DNA of 64,000 bases from Lingula anatina (Eukaryota; Animalia; Brachiopoda): the NCBI GenBank assembly GCA_051362555.1, contig CM120640.1, positions 59,560,788 to 59,624,787 of the forward strand, given 5' to 3'. The stretch's first letter is position 1. Every line of letters begins with the position of its first letter. Below the pieces are notes generated by a model. That model was not told where the DNA came from. It ran no database searches and worked only from the letters and a program-made list of their open reading frames with translations. Positions 40,534 to 53,010 of this stretch are shown piece after piece. Position numbers and translations under genes: made by a program.

Positions 40534-40740
40534 CTTGAAATTTAGTCACGTGATACAACCTTCAAGCGCCCTCTATTCGAAACGAACCCGGAAGTGTCAT
40601 TGTGACCATGACATGACATGACCATGACATTGGATATTTGCGACTGATCATAAGTGATCGAGATGATTGTGCGAGTACGTTTGAGTGTTTTATGCACGCA
40701 TTTTAGTGTTTACTTGTTTGATCATGGATGACAACGGTAG
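40534..40740. promoter_or_regulatory. Compact bidirectional promoter, UBE2L3 / ApaH-like phosphatase
   Basis: 207 bp between divergent ATGs. Contains GTCACGTGAT E-box (~40545), CCGGAAGTG ETS site (40588) and short CATGA(C) tandem repeats. Confidence 0.7.
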
Positions 40741-43700
40741 ATGGCTGTTTTGCAATTAAAGGTAAGTGTATGCTTCATGATCATCAGCATTATTGTCATG
40801 ATTAGGTTGAGAGGGGCCTACCAAACCTTATTAGTCATGTCAGTCCGACGTCATAGTCTCATTCTATGGTTTAAGTATACTGTAATGTCTTTATTTATTG
40901 TAAAAGAAGAGTGAAACAGTTTCTCAGTGAGAACATGCACCAGTTATTTCGATTCAATACTTTCGCAGGACACTAAATAAAAAGACCAATTATTTTTCCT
41001 TGTACAGTACATTTTACTGTACAACTGTACGTGTGTAGGCACTAAATATATTAACTATGTAAATTTTATCGGGAGGCCAAAGGGACAATTTTTAGTAGAA
41101 AAAATTTAAAATGTGATTAAAAAGGACGAAATAAGGGACAATAGCGTAAATTTTTTTTCTTCAATTATTTATTATCTTTCATAAGCATAAATTATTTTAA
41201 GTAGTATTTCAAAAGGATACTTTAATACCAGTATATGTGTCTAGGGGTCGCATGTAGTCTGCTGAACAAATTTTGTTCGTTTTCGTGTGAATATAAAATG
41301 AAAACATATACAGATTCAAAATTCAGGGCTTGTACACAAAAATTTATACCAGTACATGTACATGTAATGAATACTGGTCTAAAAATAGCTCAGAATAATT
41401 TATAAGTGAAGAATGCATCAAAGTGTAAAATTTCCTATTATTTTAGGACCCTGCCTAGAGTGTCCCCAAGGTGAATCATTCTAATTACTTAACAGTAGTA
41501 ACCAGACACAGACACTCAAAATATGCACAATAGTGTGAATAAGTTATCACAAGAGAATAATATTAAATGGAAATGTGTCTTTTTGAAAAACCCTCCATTT
41601 AATTTGCTTTATTTTGTTATCCCCACACTTTTGAGACAAAAGACTAGGATCATGTTATCCCAACATCCATGAATCTGTGCATCAGTGGGTAAGTAATTTC
41701 TGTTTCTGGCGTTAGGAAGTTGATATTGAGAGACCTAGGCTATCATCAGGGATGTGCATGGCCATTGGGCTCTTCAGAATTGTAGTTCACCTGGGGCTTG
41801 GGCTGTCCCTGGGGTGGTTGATTCTATTTTTTTTCACATTGTAATTTTTGGTATTTTAGCCTAGACCATTATATAGAGTGAAGAATTTCACACTTTGGGT
41901 ATTGAGAGACCTATCATTAAGGATATTCATGGGCATTTCCGAATTTTAGTACAACTGGGGGTTGGGCTGTTCCTGGGGTGTGGTTGATTATTCTAAATCC
42001 TTTATGTATTTATATTTCTGCTAACTCCTCCTAGATCATAAGATCCAAGAAGTTAAAACTAAAAGGTGATTGAGAGACCTATCATATGAGATCTATATAG
42101 ACTCCTTGGAATTTTAGTGCAATAGGGGGTTAGGCTGTTCCTAGGGCATGGTTGATTATTCTAAATCCTTTTTGTATTGTAATTTCTTCTTTCTCCTTCT
42201 AGACCATGAAAGTGAGAAAGTTCATGCCTATCATCACAGGTGTACATCATACATGTGCCCTTGGATGATTCTTATTATGGGGTCCGCCATATAGATAAAC
42301 GTCCCAATAAAATATTCGTCCCGATAGATACGTCTCTATACATACATGTCTCAATAGATTTACGTCTCGTTAAATTTACGTTCCGATAGATCCACCAACA
42401 GATTCCTATAAACCCATGTATCTTTAGATCCAGGTACCGCTAGATCCATCTATCTGACATTGTAATCGGCTAAAAGGCCGATAACAACTTGTGATACAGG
42501 TATGAGGCTTTCGAGTGATACTGAGTAGTCTGGCTGCGAATACTGATCCACTTAGTGATCTGACTTAATTACAACCTGATATTTATCATTTATTTATTTA
42601 TTTATGTATTTATATATTTATTAGGTGTTCAAACAAGACATACATGTACGTTCGCGTCTACACGTCTATCACACTCTAAAGTTCGGGAACGCGTCGTAAA
42701 CATGAAACAGAACACATTTTAAGTGTGCAAATATTACATTTTGAGAACGCTTTAAACAGTGTTCTGGCACCAGAACACTGAGTGTTGTGAAATATAGAAC
42801 ACATTTTTATGTTCTTTTATTGTTTTGTTTTGTTTAGAACACGTGCATTTACATGTAAATTCAGAACACTTTTTACGTGTTCGAATGTTACATTTTGAGA
42901 ACGCATTAAACAGTGTTCTGACGCTAGAACAGTAAGCGTTGTGAAATATAGAACACATTTTTGTTCTTTTTATGTTCTTTCACTGAGTATTGTGTGAAAA
43001 CGATCTAGTAGAATAATTTATTGCTGAAAGGATTAATATGTGTACTGTCATTTTAAAGAAGTGCATTTTATGTACTGAGTAGTATACCAACCATTTTGAG
43101 CAAAAGCATACCTGTAATGGATCTATCGGTATTTGGATCTCAAAATACGTGGATCTATAGGTATGTGGATTTAAAGGACGTGGGTTTATGAGGACATCGT
43201 ATCTATAGGAACGCAAATATATAGGACAGCAGTAAAAAATGGGATCTATCGGTATTTAAATCTAAAAAGACGTTTTTTCAGTTTTTCTTTTATGTATCTA
43301 TCGGTAACGGGAGTATAGGGACGTGTAATATTTTGGGACTAAATTTTATCTGTACGTACCCCTTATTATTTTACACATTGTACTAGTAATTTCTGCTATC
43401 TCCTCCAAGACCATAAGAGTAAGGAAGTTGAAACTTAGGGTAATGATTAACCTATCATCAGGGATGCGCATGGGCACTTATGAATTTTTTGTGTGCTTTT
43501 GGGTAGGGCTGTCCTTGGGGGTGGATGATTTTAATATTCTAAATTGTAACTTCAGGTATCTCCTCCTAGGTCATTAGAGTTACAAAGTTAAAAATTGTCT
43601 GGGATTGATAGACTTATTATCAAGGATGTGGATGGGCCAGTCATAATTTATGTGCTTGGGGGGGGGGGGGTGCCTCTGGGGGGTAGGAGGGGGGTGAAAT

Positions 43701-46700
43701 GATCCTTTTTTACATGATGTTGAAGCATTTTTTCACCAATACTTTTTATGCTGTTTTTATGAAGATAATTTGAAACAATTTAGATATAAGACCTAGGCAT
43801 TGTCATAGATGGAGATATGCACTGGCTACACCATTTAGTTATCATTTTTATTATATATTGATGTTTTTATTGTTCAGTACTAAATGAATGCTATAAGGAT
43901 TTTTATCAGTTAGTACTGAGTAGTACTGTATGTGTTAACTCTTCTCCTACTTATTTTAAGTATGTGAGGTCTGATTGCGCCCTAATTCACATCTAATGCA
44001 ATTATGCATTTGTATATATATATTGTTTCTGAGCAGAGTGTTCTATGTTGATCTTACATAGAGTGTTCCATATTGTAGACCCAGCCTCACAGTTTCAGAC
44101 AGGGAATTCTTTCCTAGTTGGTTTTGCATACCCACAACCTGTTTTAAGATTGTTAAAATATTACTCCAAAGCAAACTCTGTTGTGCCAAATAGCTCTGAT
44201 TTGCTAAATGCAATCTTGCAAAGTTTTAACTTTAAACTTTGGTATTTGGAGTGGAAGATGTGCCAAAATGTTGACTGCAAGCTAGCTGTAGCAAGGTTGC
44301 TCAAATTGGATCAAACTCAATTGAGATTTATTCTGTAGACGATGTATTTGACAACCCGTATGTGATGTTAAGACCAGCGCATAACTAGCAATTTTCATTC
44401 AAGGAGCAGTGTTTTCACTTTAAATTTTTTTCAGCCCAAGTTGTTCTTAAAGGTACATGGAGGTTGTTCAAGTAGTTAAAAACAAGTGCAATGTTATTTT
44501 AGTTTTCTAATACAAGGTATTTAAAAATTCTGAAAGTACTTGGAATATCTTTATTATTATAATCAATGGTGAAAAAGTGAATTGTTTTGTTTATGATATA
44601 TTTTCAATTTATGAATGGTAATGCTTTTGCAACTTTATCAAATATGTCCATCTTTAACCTCAACCCTTGAAAATGCAGAGTTCATGCAATAAACCATAGT
44701 GCATGTGCACATAGAATATGTGACTGGTACGCGCATTCAATAGCTGACCTCTTCTTAATACTGTGACGCTCCATCACTCAACCTTAAAGTTGTATAATCA
44801 TCTTTGAAATAAATAAAGAAGCAAGATTTAACTGAACGATAACATTTTGCAATTTTTGCAAATTTGTGAAAAAAAGAGCAGTCAGTATTGAATGATATGT
44901 ATAATAGAAATGTTTGTTGAAGTAGCAAATTGCATTTCTATATTTATAGGCCTGACTCAACAGCATATTATGTCTTTTAATGCCCCTATGCCATTGCCTG
45001 GTATTCCTACATGGCTTGCCTCTTGAGTAACAGTAATTGATGTGTTGGTTTTATCTGTACATACTCTGCCTCAGTGACCTCACATCCAAGACAGAGCTGA
45101 CACTGTGCTTTGAATAAAAGAATTTGGGCAGTGTGATAATAGACTCACAGCAAACTGGATTTAATAGACAAGACAGCATCAGAAAAAAATCTGTTTTCCA
45201 TTTTAGAATATTGCATCTTTGGCTGGTGGACCGTGTGGCGAAGTATTTTAAGGTGAAAGTAGTATTGGACAATGGTTATTTGATACTAGTACACATTAGC
45301 AAAATCTTATTTGAACTTAACTGGTATTATGTTTTACATGTTCTTCACATCTAGGATAGCCATACTAGTAACTGGATATTACACATTTTAGAAAATTGAT
45401 AACTATACAGCTGTAATGTTCTTATGTTTTTATGTTAACAGCTTTGAAATAAGTAAATGAAATGGAAGTCATCTGAGATAGCCATAAGTCTATCCAATTA
45501 GTGTAAAATCAAGTGAGATTTTTCAGGATTTGGAGGAGAGAAAACCTGGGGTCAAAAATAATGAGACATGTAGTGTGGCAATGGATAAAAGCTGACAGAC
45601 TTTATCCACGGATATTTTTCTGCTTGTTTTCTTCAAGTTCGTTAAAAATATATTCTTTTGCACAACAGTACATGATCAAAATGTTTTGCGTGTTACATGT
45701 AGATCTAAGTTGTATTACTTTCTAACACAACATTCCTGGCTTAGAGTTCCTTTATGGCTAAAAAAAAAAGCCCTACATGTACTTCATACTGATTCTTGCA
45801 CATCTATCTCTATAGTCTCTTCCATGTATGACATCAAGCAATGTTGACAGCCTTGTTTAGACCATCTCGGATGATTTCCATTAGTAAGAATACTAAATGT
45901 ACACAATATTGTACTAGTATATATATCATTCAAAAAAGCAACAGCCCCATTTTTATGAAATATGGCATGTGTTTTTGGGTATTGTTTTATTGATTTTTTC
46001 ATGTGTGTTTTAATTTATGGTTGATGTATCATATTGTGTATATAGGCATATTGCTAATGTATGTTTAAGGCACAATTTGGACAGACTATTGAGTAAGTGA
46101 TAGATACAATATGAGTCGCTGAGCTATACGTGAAGTATGGGGCTCGACAATACACGAGTAATTTTAACGTATAGCTCGGCAACGAGTGTTGTACAGTATC
46201 TGGCTAAAACCACGGCCTCTGATTGGCTCTACACTAGTGAGTGCAACAGTCCGTGGAATGCACGCGTACATGACGTGCTTGTATGTCGAATACAGCACGA
46301 CCAAGTCTTTTGTTCTACTCGCTAGCTGTGGTTTGATTGCTAAATAGTGTGTACACTATATGGTCAGTAAAATCCTTGCTCAGAAGAAATCTTTTTTAGG
46401 AAGTTACCAGTATGAACAAAGAACAGAGCTGAAATCATTCCATTGAAAAGAATTGTTATGTTTTCAAACCTTTCCCACAGAGTACCCTATTCACATTTTC
46501 CACCAATTGAAAAGAAAAGTAAAATTGTGTAAATTTTATATTCTTTTCAAGATTTTTTTTTATTTTCAATGGATATCTCATGAACTCATATAATTATCTC
46601 CAGGTAATTTTACCTCTCTGTGTGCTGGTGATCATGGGTGCCTTGTTGTCCAAGATGACGTCACTGTTTTGGAATCCCATTACTCACACCACCGAGTTTG

Positions 46701-47461
46701 ATACACCACTTCCAAAGGTACTCCATCAGGTGCTAGACAACAACATTGTTCAAAATCGAAGAGTATTCGTGGTTGGAGACATTCATGGTTGCTATGACGA
46801 GTTACAAGCTCTACTTATGAAGGCAGATGTCTTAAAGGATGATGCTGTTGTGATTTTTGCAGGTGATTTGGTCAATAAGGGACCCAAAAGTACAGATGTG
46901 TTGCAGTTCATAAGAGAAAATACTGAAAAATATCAGTTATATGCAGTGAGGGGAAATCATGATGAGAAAGTGATTCTGGAATACAGCAGAAATAAGGATC
47001 CTTCTTATACTTTGACTAACAAGTACAAATGGGTCACAGATTTAACTGAGAATGATATTGATTATTTATCAGAACTTCCATATACAATCTCAATTCCCAG
47101 TTTGAAATCCTTGGTCGTCCATGCTGGGATTGTTCCTGGGATACCCTTGGCAAAGCAACAGCCCATACACATGACAACTATGAGGAATATTATAAGTCTT
47201 AATAATAACCAGTTTGAAATATCAAAATATGAAAAAGATGGGGTGGCATGGGGATCTTTGTGGAAAGGACCTAACTGTATTTATTATGGCCATGATGCGA
47301 AGCGTGGACTACAGGAACATCCATTTGCAGTTGGACTAGATACAGGTTGTGTGTATGGGAAGAAACTGACTGGGGTCTTCATACACTCTCCAGGTACGAG
47401 GCATTACGTCTCTGTTGATGCACAGACAGTGTACAGAGCCCCCAAAGACTCTGCTCGTTAA
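40741..47461 (+). CDS. ApaH-like phosphatase (ALPH; Ppn2/PrpE-type calcineurin-like metallophosphoesterase)
   Basis: Main exon 46604-47461 has GDIHG, GDLVNKG, RGNHD, VHAG, YGHDA.RGLQ and GLDTGCVYG motifs. Predicted exon 1 40741-40761 (MAVLQLK, AAG|gtaagt) joins in phase 0 to acceptor ctccag at 46603. The exon 1 link is inferred. Confidence 0.88.
41612..43720. repeat. Repeat element with diverged ~170-185-bp tandem units, interrupted by a nested insertion
   Basis: Recurring GAGAGACCTATCATCAGGGATG..CATGGGC...GGGCTGT(T/C)CCTGGGG units at ~41728, 41904, 42073, 42228, resuming at ~43450 and 43610. Boundaries approximate. Confidence 0.7.
42279..43362. mobile_element. Nested non-autonomous DNA transposon with GGGG...CCCC ends
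   Basis: Imperfect TIRs (GGGGTCCG..TAGATAAA..GTCCC / GGGAC..TTTTATCTG..GTACCCC), TTAT(TAT) on both flanks, and an internal ~155-bp duplication (42732/42887). Confidence 0.7.
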
Positions 47462-47594
47462 CCTAGCTAGTATTCTCCTTTTTCATCTTTGCACAAGGAT
47501 GCAACTAACTTCTTTGTGATGGTACCTCTGTCTTATGATGGTTTGTAGATTTAAATTTCTTGCGAAAGATTGAACTCTAATTTTAATGTGCTAA

Positions 47595-47820
47595 GACTGG
47601 GTTCCCATAGATTTAGATCGATCTATCCGGATCGACCTAACTCCTTGGGGGTTCATGCTAAATTGCTGTCAGGTTCCAAGAGCCGAGCGCGCACAACAGT
47701 TAATTACCCCCTTACGTCTTTTAGTAGGTGGGACAGACATTTAAGCCGGTCAGGCTGACAACAATCTAGTGAGACTCCCCACGGGGATAGATCGATCTAA
47801 AAATCTATGTGAATGCACTC
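47595..47820. mobile_element. Second copy of the PIF/Harbinger-like MITE, just 3' of the ALPH stop codon
   Basis: TAA|GACTGGGTTCCCATAGATTTAGATCGATCTATCC ... GGATAGATCGATCTAAAAATCTATGTGAATGCACTC|TAA. The interior is the reverse complement of 6121-6320. Confidence 0.8.
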
Positions 47821-49875
47821 TAAGACCGGAATGATCAGACTTTTTCCAGCAATGCCAGTAGACAGTTATGCTTAGCACCAAGATTATATAGTTTATTTTA
47901 CAAGTTATAAAAAAAGAAGGCTGTTCCTGTGGAATTTATATTTGGATTATCAGTAGATGGTGCTGTTTAAAGTGAACATGTGATCCATGAGTGTAACTCA
48001 TTATGTCTTTATGTGTTATACGATAAAATGGAAAGGATATGTTGGTCTTTCACTGTTAAATATTTCTTTAAAAATCAATATCACATTGTCTATATGAAGG
48101 TCACAGAATTTGGTGTTCTAGCTTTTTTCATCTTTGAAGGCTGTGGTTGTGTTGGAAAAGATAAGACTTAGCCTAATTAAGTTATTTCCATGATATGAGT
48201 ATTATGAGCAGAAGAAGCTAGCGTTTCAGTAAATTTGTACCATTACCTTTGGGGAGGATTTAAGTTATAACATTTCATCATGTAACCATTGTCTTAGATA
48301 TTACAGTGTGCAAATAACAGACACTTTAATGAATGAAGTGTAAAATTTCAACCACATTTTGATAAGTACATAAACCAATCCTTGTTATACATGTCTGACG
48401 ACAAATAATACTTTTTGATCATTTTTAAGAAATAAATGAATTAATGTCACAAACATAATCTAGTTTATCACCTCCTGACAAACCTCACCACCTTGTAATG
48501 AACCTTTTCATATGTATAGAATGAATGTCCTAAACTTAAATAATTTTGTTTGCTTAATTCAAGTGTGGGCTTTCAACTTTCTTAGCAGATAACGCAATCT
48601 ACAGACTCTGCAGTTTTAGTCAGATGAACGTAAGGTCGCGGAAAGCAAACCCAAGTCCACATAATGACCAATTAAACGATTTGTATGTCGAGGCTCGGTA
48701 TCAACATTTCAAGTGAAGTCTCTAACTCCTAGCTTGTTGAAAATTAGTCTGCGCCATCTCTCCTTCTCTTCTCTTCCTCCCCCATAATATCAATTCTGAT
48801 CACTTATATACTTATTTCTTATCTATGGTCTATGCACTCAAACTTTAATTACTTGTAATTGTATAATTGATTTCTTTACCTTGGCGTTATACAAAGAGGC
48901 TGCCACATTACTCAATAACTATTGGACCACAACGCATTACATCACATGACCTCACAAGATATCTTTTTGATCTTTATGTCGGACACGACAACTTGTCAAC
49001 CAAGAAGTTAGTGTTCAGTGATAGAAAGATTTGAAAAACCCACAGTAAAGCATGGAATAACGAGAACTTTTCAATTTACCGAGATTGTTACAGAGTTTTG
49101 GCAAATGTCTGGAAAGGAGAATCAAAGATTAAAGGGGGTTGAATTCCCAAACCTGGAAATACATCGTCAATTTTGTCTTTTTATAAATAGTACATAGAAA
49201 TAATGTGTATGGAGTCACAACATGTTGCAACAAAATGGCTGCTGATCTTATTTATGCCCCAATTTGGTGAGCTGTCCGACTTGCTCTAAAATGAGGGGCA
49301 CGTGAGCTTGGCAGCATTTTTTATGCTACTTGAATTCAGCATTACTGAAAGTTGCTGCTTTTTTTTTTAAAGTAAAAAGATTGATACATGTTTAAGGCAT
49401 GCAAACTCCACATCAACCATAAATAATGATTAGCTTTTATTAAGTAAAATACAAGATTAGGTTTTATGACAAAATTTACTAAAATATATTGAACTGAAAC
49501 AACTTCTCTTTTAATCATTGTCCAATTTTTCTTTGTATATGCATTGTTTAAAATTACAAATTTGTGATATTACTTGATAAACTAGAAAACCCATCTTGTT
49601 TTCAAGTCCAACAGTTCTGTCCTTATGTGTAATAATACACATTGCACATGTCATGAAATGGAATTCTCTAAGGTGAGCCATACACACTGCAGGGGTATAG
49701 GTTTTTACTTCACTACCATGCTTGGGCACAAGAAGCCTGAAGCTTATTTTCATCTGTGTGAATAATGAAACTGTGAACATTTGAAGAACACAAGCACTTG
49801 CAATGATGAAAAATAAAAAAAACTGAAATCAAATATTAAAATTAACACTGTACAAGTCAAGTGATTTAAGATTGA

Positions 49876-51785
49876 AACTAGAGGATCAGAGAGGCGATAC
49901 CGCCTCTGGATATTGTACCACCAGCTGGAGTAAGCACATTCGTAAGGACACCCCCCCCAAAAAAATAATAAAAAAAAATTGGACACCACCACCAGTCTTG
50001 TGCTTGACAAGCTCTATAAAATGCAATAAACAAGAGTTCTCAAAATATGCACCAAAAAAAAAAAAAAAAAAAAAAAAAAATCAAAAAAACATAACAGTTA
50101 AAATGGTCCAATCAAGGAGATGTTCAAATTGACCTATATTTTCCAAACACTGATCACTCCTGTGATTTTCTAGACAATAGGCCTATTGGTTTTCCTTGAA
50201 ATGCATTATCAGTATTGCATATACCGGTATGCTGACAAAAGAGAAAACCTAGGGACAACACTGAGCAGATCTCTGCTAGTTTTGAAGATATGAAGGGCAC
50301 GAAAATATGCAGAGTTCAGTTTGTGGTAAAAAGGTAGGTCAAAGGTCAATTTCAAGGCCACAGTATATGACTTCCTATAAAGGTTCAATAGTAGCTATGG
50401 GCATTTCTTTACCAATGTTGGAGATATGAAGGCCAGGAAACATGCAAAGTGCAGTTCAACATAAATAGTAGGTCAAAGGTCAATTTCAAGGTCACAGTAA
50501 GATTGCCAGTTTATGACTTTCTATTCAAGTTCAATAGTAACTTTGGACCTATCTCTGCCAGTTTTCGAGATATAAGGGATAGAAAATTTGCAAAGTTCAG
50601 TTCATGTTGAAAAGTAGGTCAAAGGTCAATTTCAAGGTCACAATAAGAATGCCAGTATATGACTTCCTATTCATGTTTAACAGTAACTATGGGTGTATCT
50701 CTGCCAGCTTTGGAGATATAAGGGCTGGAAAATTTGCAAAGTTCAGTTCATGGTGAAAAGTAGGTCAAATGTCAATTTAAAGGTCACAGTTAGATTAACA
50801 GTATATAACTTCCTATTCAAGTTCAATAGTAACTATGGGCGTATCTTTGCCAGTTTTGGAGATATAAAGATCAGAAAACTTCAAAGTGCAGTTCATCATG
50901 AAATGTAGGTCAAAGGTCAATTTCAAGGTCACAGTTAGATTACCAGTATATGACTTCTTACTCAAGTTCAATAGTAACTATGGGCATATCTCTGCTAATT
51001 TTGGAATATTTATCATTTTCCCCACTGAATATTGCAATGTTGTAATTTTTGATATAGCGCAATGCCTAAACCATATCGAAAACAAAAAAATGGACACCAC
51101 CTCCAGTATTGCACTTGACAAGTTCTACAAAATGCGATGAACAAAAGGTTTCTGGCATTTACCATTCCAGAATAAAAACAAGTTTTCAGTTTCGGGATCT
51201 AATGGCTGCTTCTCCCGTGAAAATGCACCGATTGACCCCAAACTCCCAAAGATGAAAGGAGTCCCCAATTGTAACCCCTCACTGTAACAGGAGAGCTTAG
51301 ATCTGTGTAGTTTCCAAAAAATAGCACAAACAAATATTTTTTTGCAGAAAATTCCCATTTTTTAGAAAATTTTGGCTTGTTTGACCTTGAAAAAAAGGTC
51401 AAAAGTCAAATCCAAGGGCATATTTGGAATCTCCACATATGAGTTTCGGTCAGACTTCTATAGTAATTTTTCCCATAATTCCTTTGGTTTGGGAGATATT
51501 TAGCCTTGAATTTTCAAAAATTTTGACAAGGGTGCGTTTCAACAAGTGTCACGCCCAGGCCAATGCACCGACAGAGATAAAAAAACAGGGTGTTCAAGTT
51601 GAGATTATATGTGACCTAAATCCAAGAGATGGGGACACAGGTCCTGGCGGTCTAGGAGGAGAAGCGGTAACGGTGACTTGTTTCCGGCGCCCGACTGCGG
51701 AGCCGCAGGAGCCGGCAGAGCTGTACGAGACGGGTCGGGACTAAAACCATGAGTACCGCCAGCGTATACGCTGGTGGTACTAATA
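49876..51785. mobile_element. Helentron/HINE-like non-autonomous element with internal tandem array
   Basis: Begins AACTAGAG with a short hairpin (AGAGGCGATACCGCCTCT) and ends with hairpin GTACCGCCAGCGTATACGCTGGTGGTAC then TAATAAT. A segment is duplicated at 49981/51091. Family assignment is inferred from structure. Confidence 0.6.
50270..51005. repeat. Five ~146-bp tandem units containing AGGTCAAAGGTCAATTTCAAGGTCA
   Basis: Core motif at 50336, 50470, 50616, 50762, 50907 (spacings 134, 146, 146, 145). Confidence 0.9.
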
Positions 51786-53010
51786 ATGACATACATTGCT
51801 TACTAAAATAGCACCTTTACTGCGGAATACAAGTGGAAATGTGACAGATGTCACCCTTTATCCACAGACAACTTTTTAAAATAAATGAATGAGATTTGCA
51901 CTGCTCCATATAAAAATATTCATTAGTTTTGTCTTGTTGTTTAACAAAACATACACATCTGCTCTTTTTCAAATCTGATAATATCTATGGCTATTTCAAT
52001 GCAATTACATGACCTACGTATGTGCAAAATGTGAGCATACTGGTAGAATGTCATTCTGATCTTGAACTTGTTCCAATGTTTTGCTTGCTATATTCTTCAG
52101 ATCTACTGAAAACTGCCATAAGTGACAAATATTTAATTGTTTTAATTACTTTTATCAGGATTAGCTGGTTTTCACAAAATGCAACACTGTAAGGAAAAAT
52201 ATTCCTCAACTGCCCCCTCTTCCTCATAATACTAATAAACGCCCATAATCTTTATAGTGCTTGAATGGAAAATGATATTTTACAGGATTGGCAAGAAACC
52301 CTATATCCAGTTTGATATGGTTCAATGCTTATAATTAAAAGAATATCCAGGTTACCCTGAAGAAGTTTGATCAGGGCAGGACAACAAATCTGCTCACACA
52401 AACACATGAACAAAACACACAGAAACTATGCAGTTAAATGTAATGAATGTGCAGATCAGAGGTCATCAACTCATTCACACCCTAAGTTGCCTTGCCTCCC
52501 CCTGCTATTGCCAACATACACAAGACTTCTACAGATGAACAAATATTATATATCTAAAACCTTTTTTGGCAAATTAAATCCAAAGTATTACAATATTGCA
52601 GAAGAGGTTTGGCACATCCTTCTATCCTTAATCCTTAAGATAAATCATTGACGTCAAGTCTTATTTGCATAAGGTGACATAATATAACCAATTAGTTTTA
52701 AAATACTGTTTGTTGCATAGGCACATTGGAAGATATGATGGCATTTTTAAAAACCATTTCAGTGAGGGGCCACTTCTGTAAAAAAAAAAAAATGCCATCA
52801 ATGTATTATTAGTATTGTTCACTGACTGAGTGAGAAGCTAGTTTTAAGAACTTGAGAACACTATAATCAGAAATTAGAGCATGTTTTCACAACAAATGGA
52901 AGAACCTCACAAAGATCATGGGGGAATACATGGGATCTTTATGAAAATCCATTCAGTAGTTTCTGCTGGACAGAGTATTTTCAGGCATTGCAGCAAGAAT
53001 ACGCCGAGTC

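Noticed and set aside
46580-47461. ALPH as bacterial contamination or recent horizontal transfer
   Set aside because: It has host-like AT content, a spliceable 5' exon at a shared promoter and is contiguous with UBE2L3 and NF2. ALPHs are known from many eukaryotes.
50270-51005. Regularly spaced repeats as a CRISPR-like array
   Set aside because: The whole 146-bp unit is repeated with no unique spacers, there are no cas genes, and the context is eukaryotic.
51424-51796. GC-rich ORFs near the end of the Helentron-like element
   Set aside because: They lie within the repeat's terminal region, lack splice or domain support and have no ATG start.
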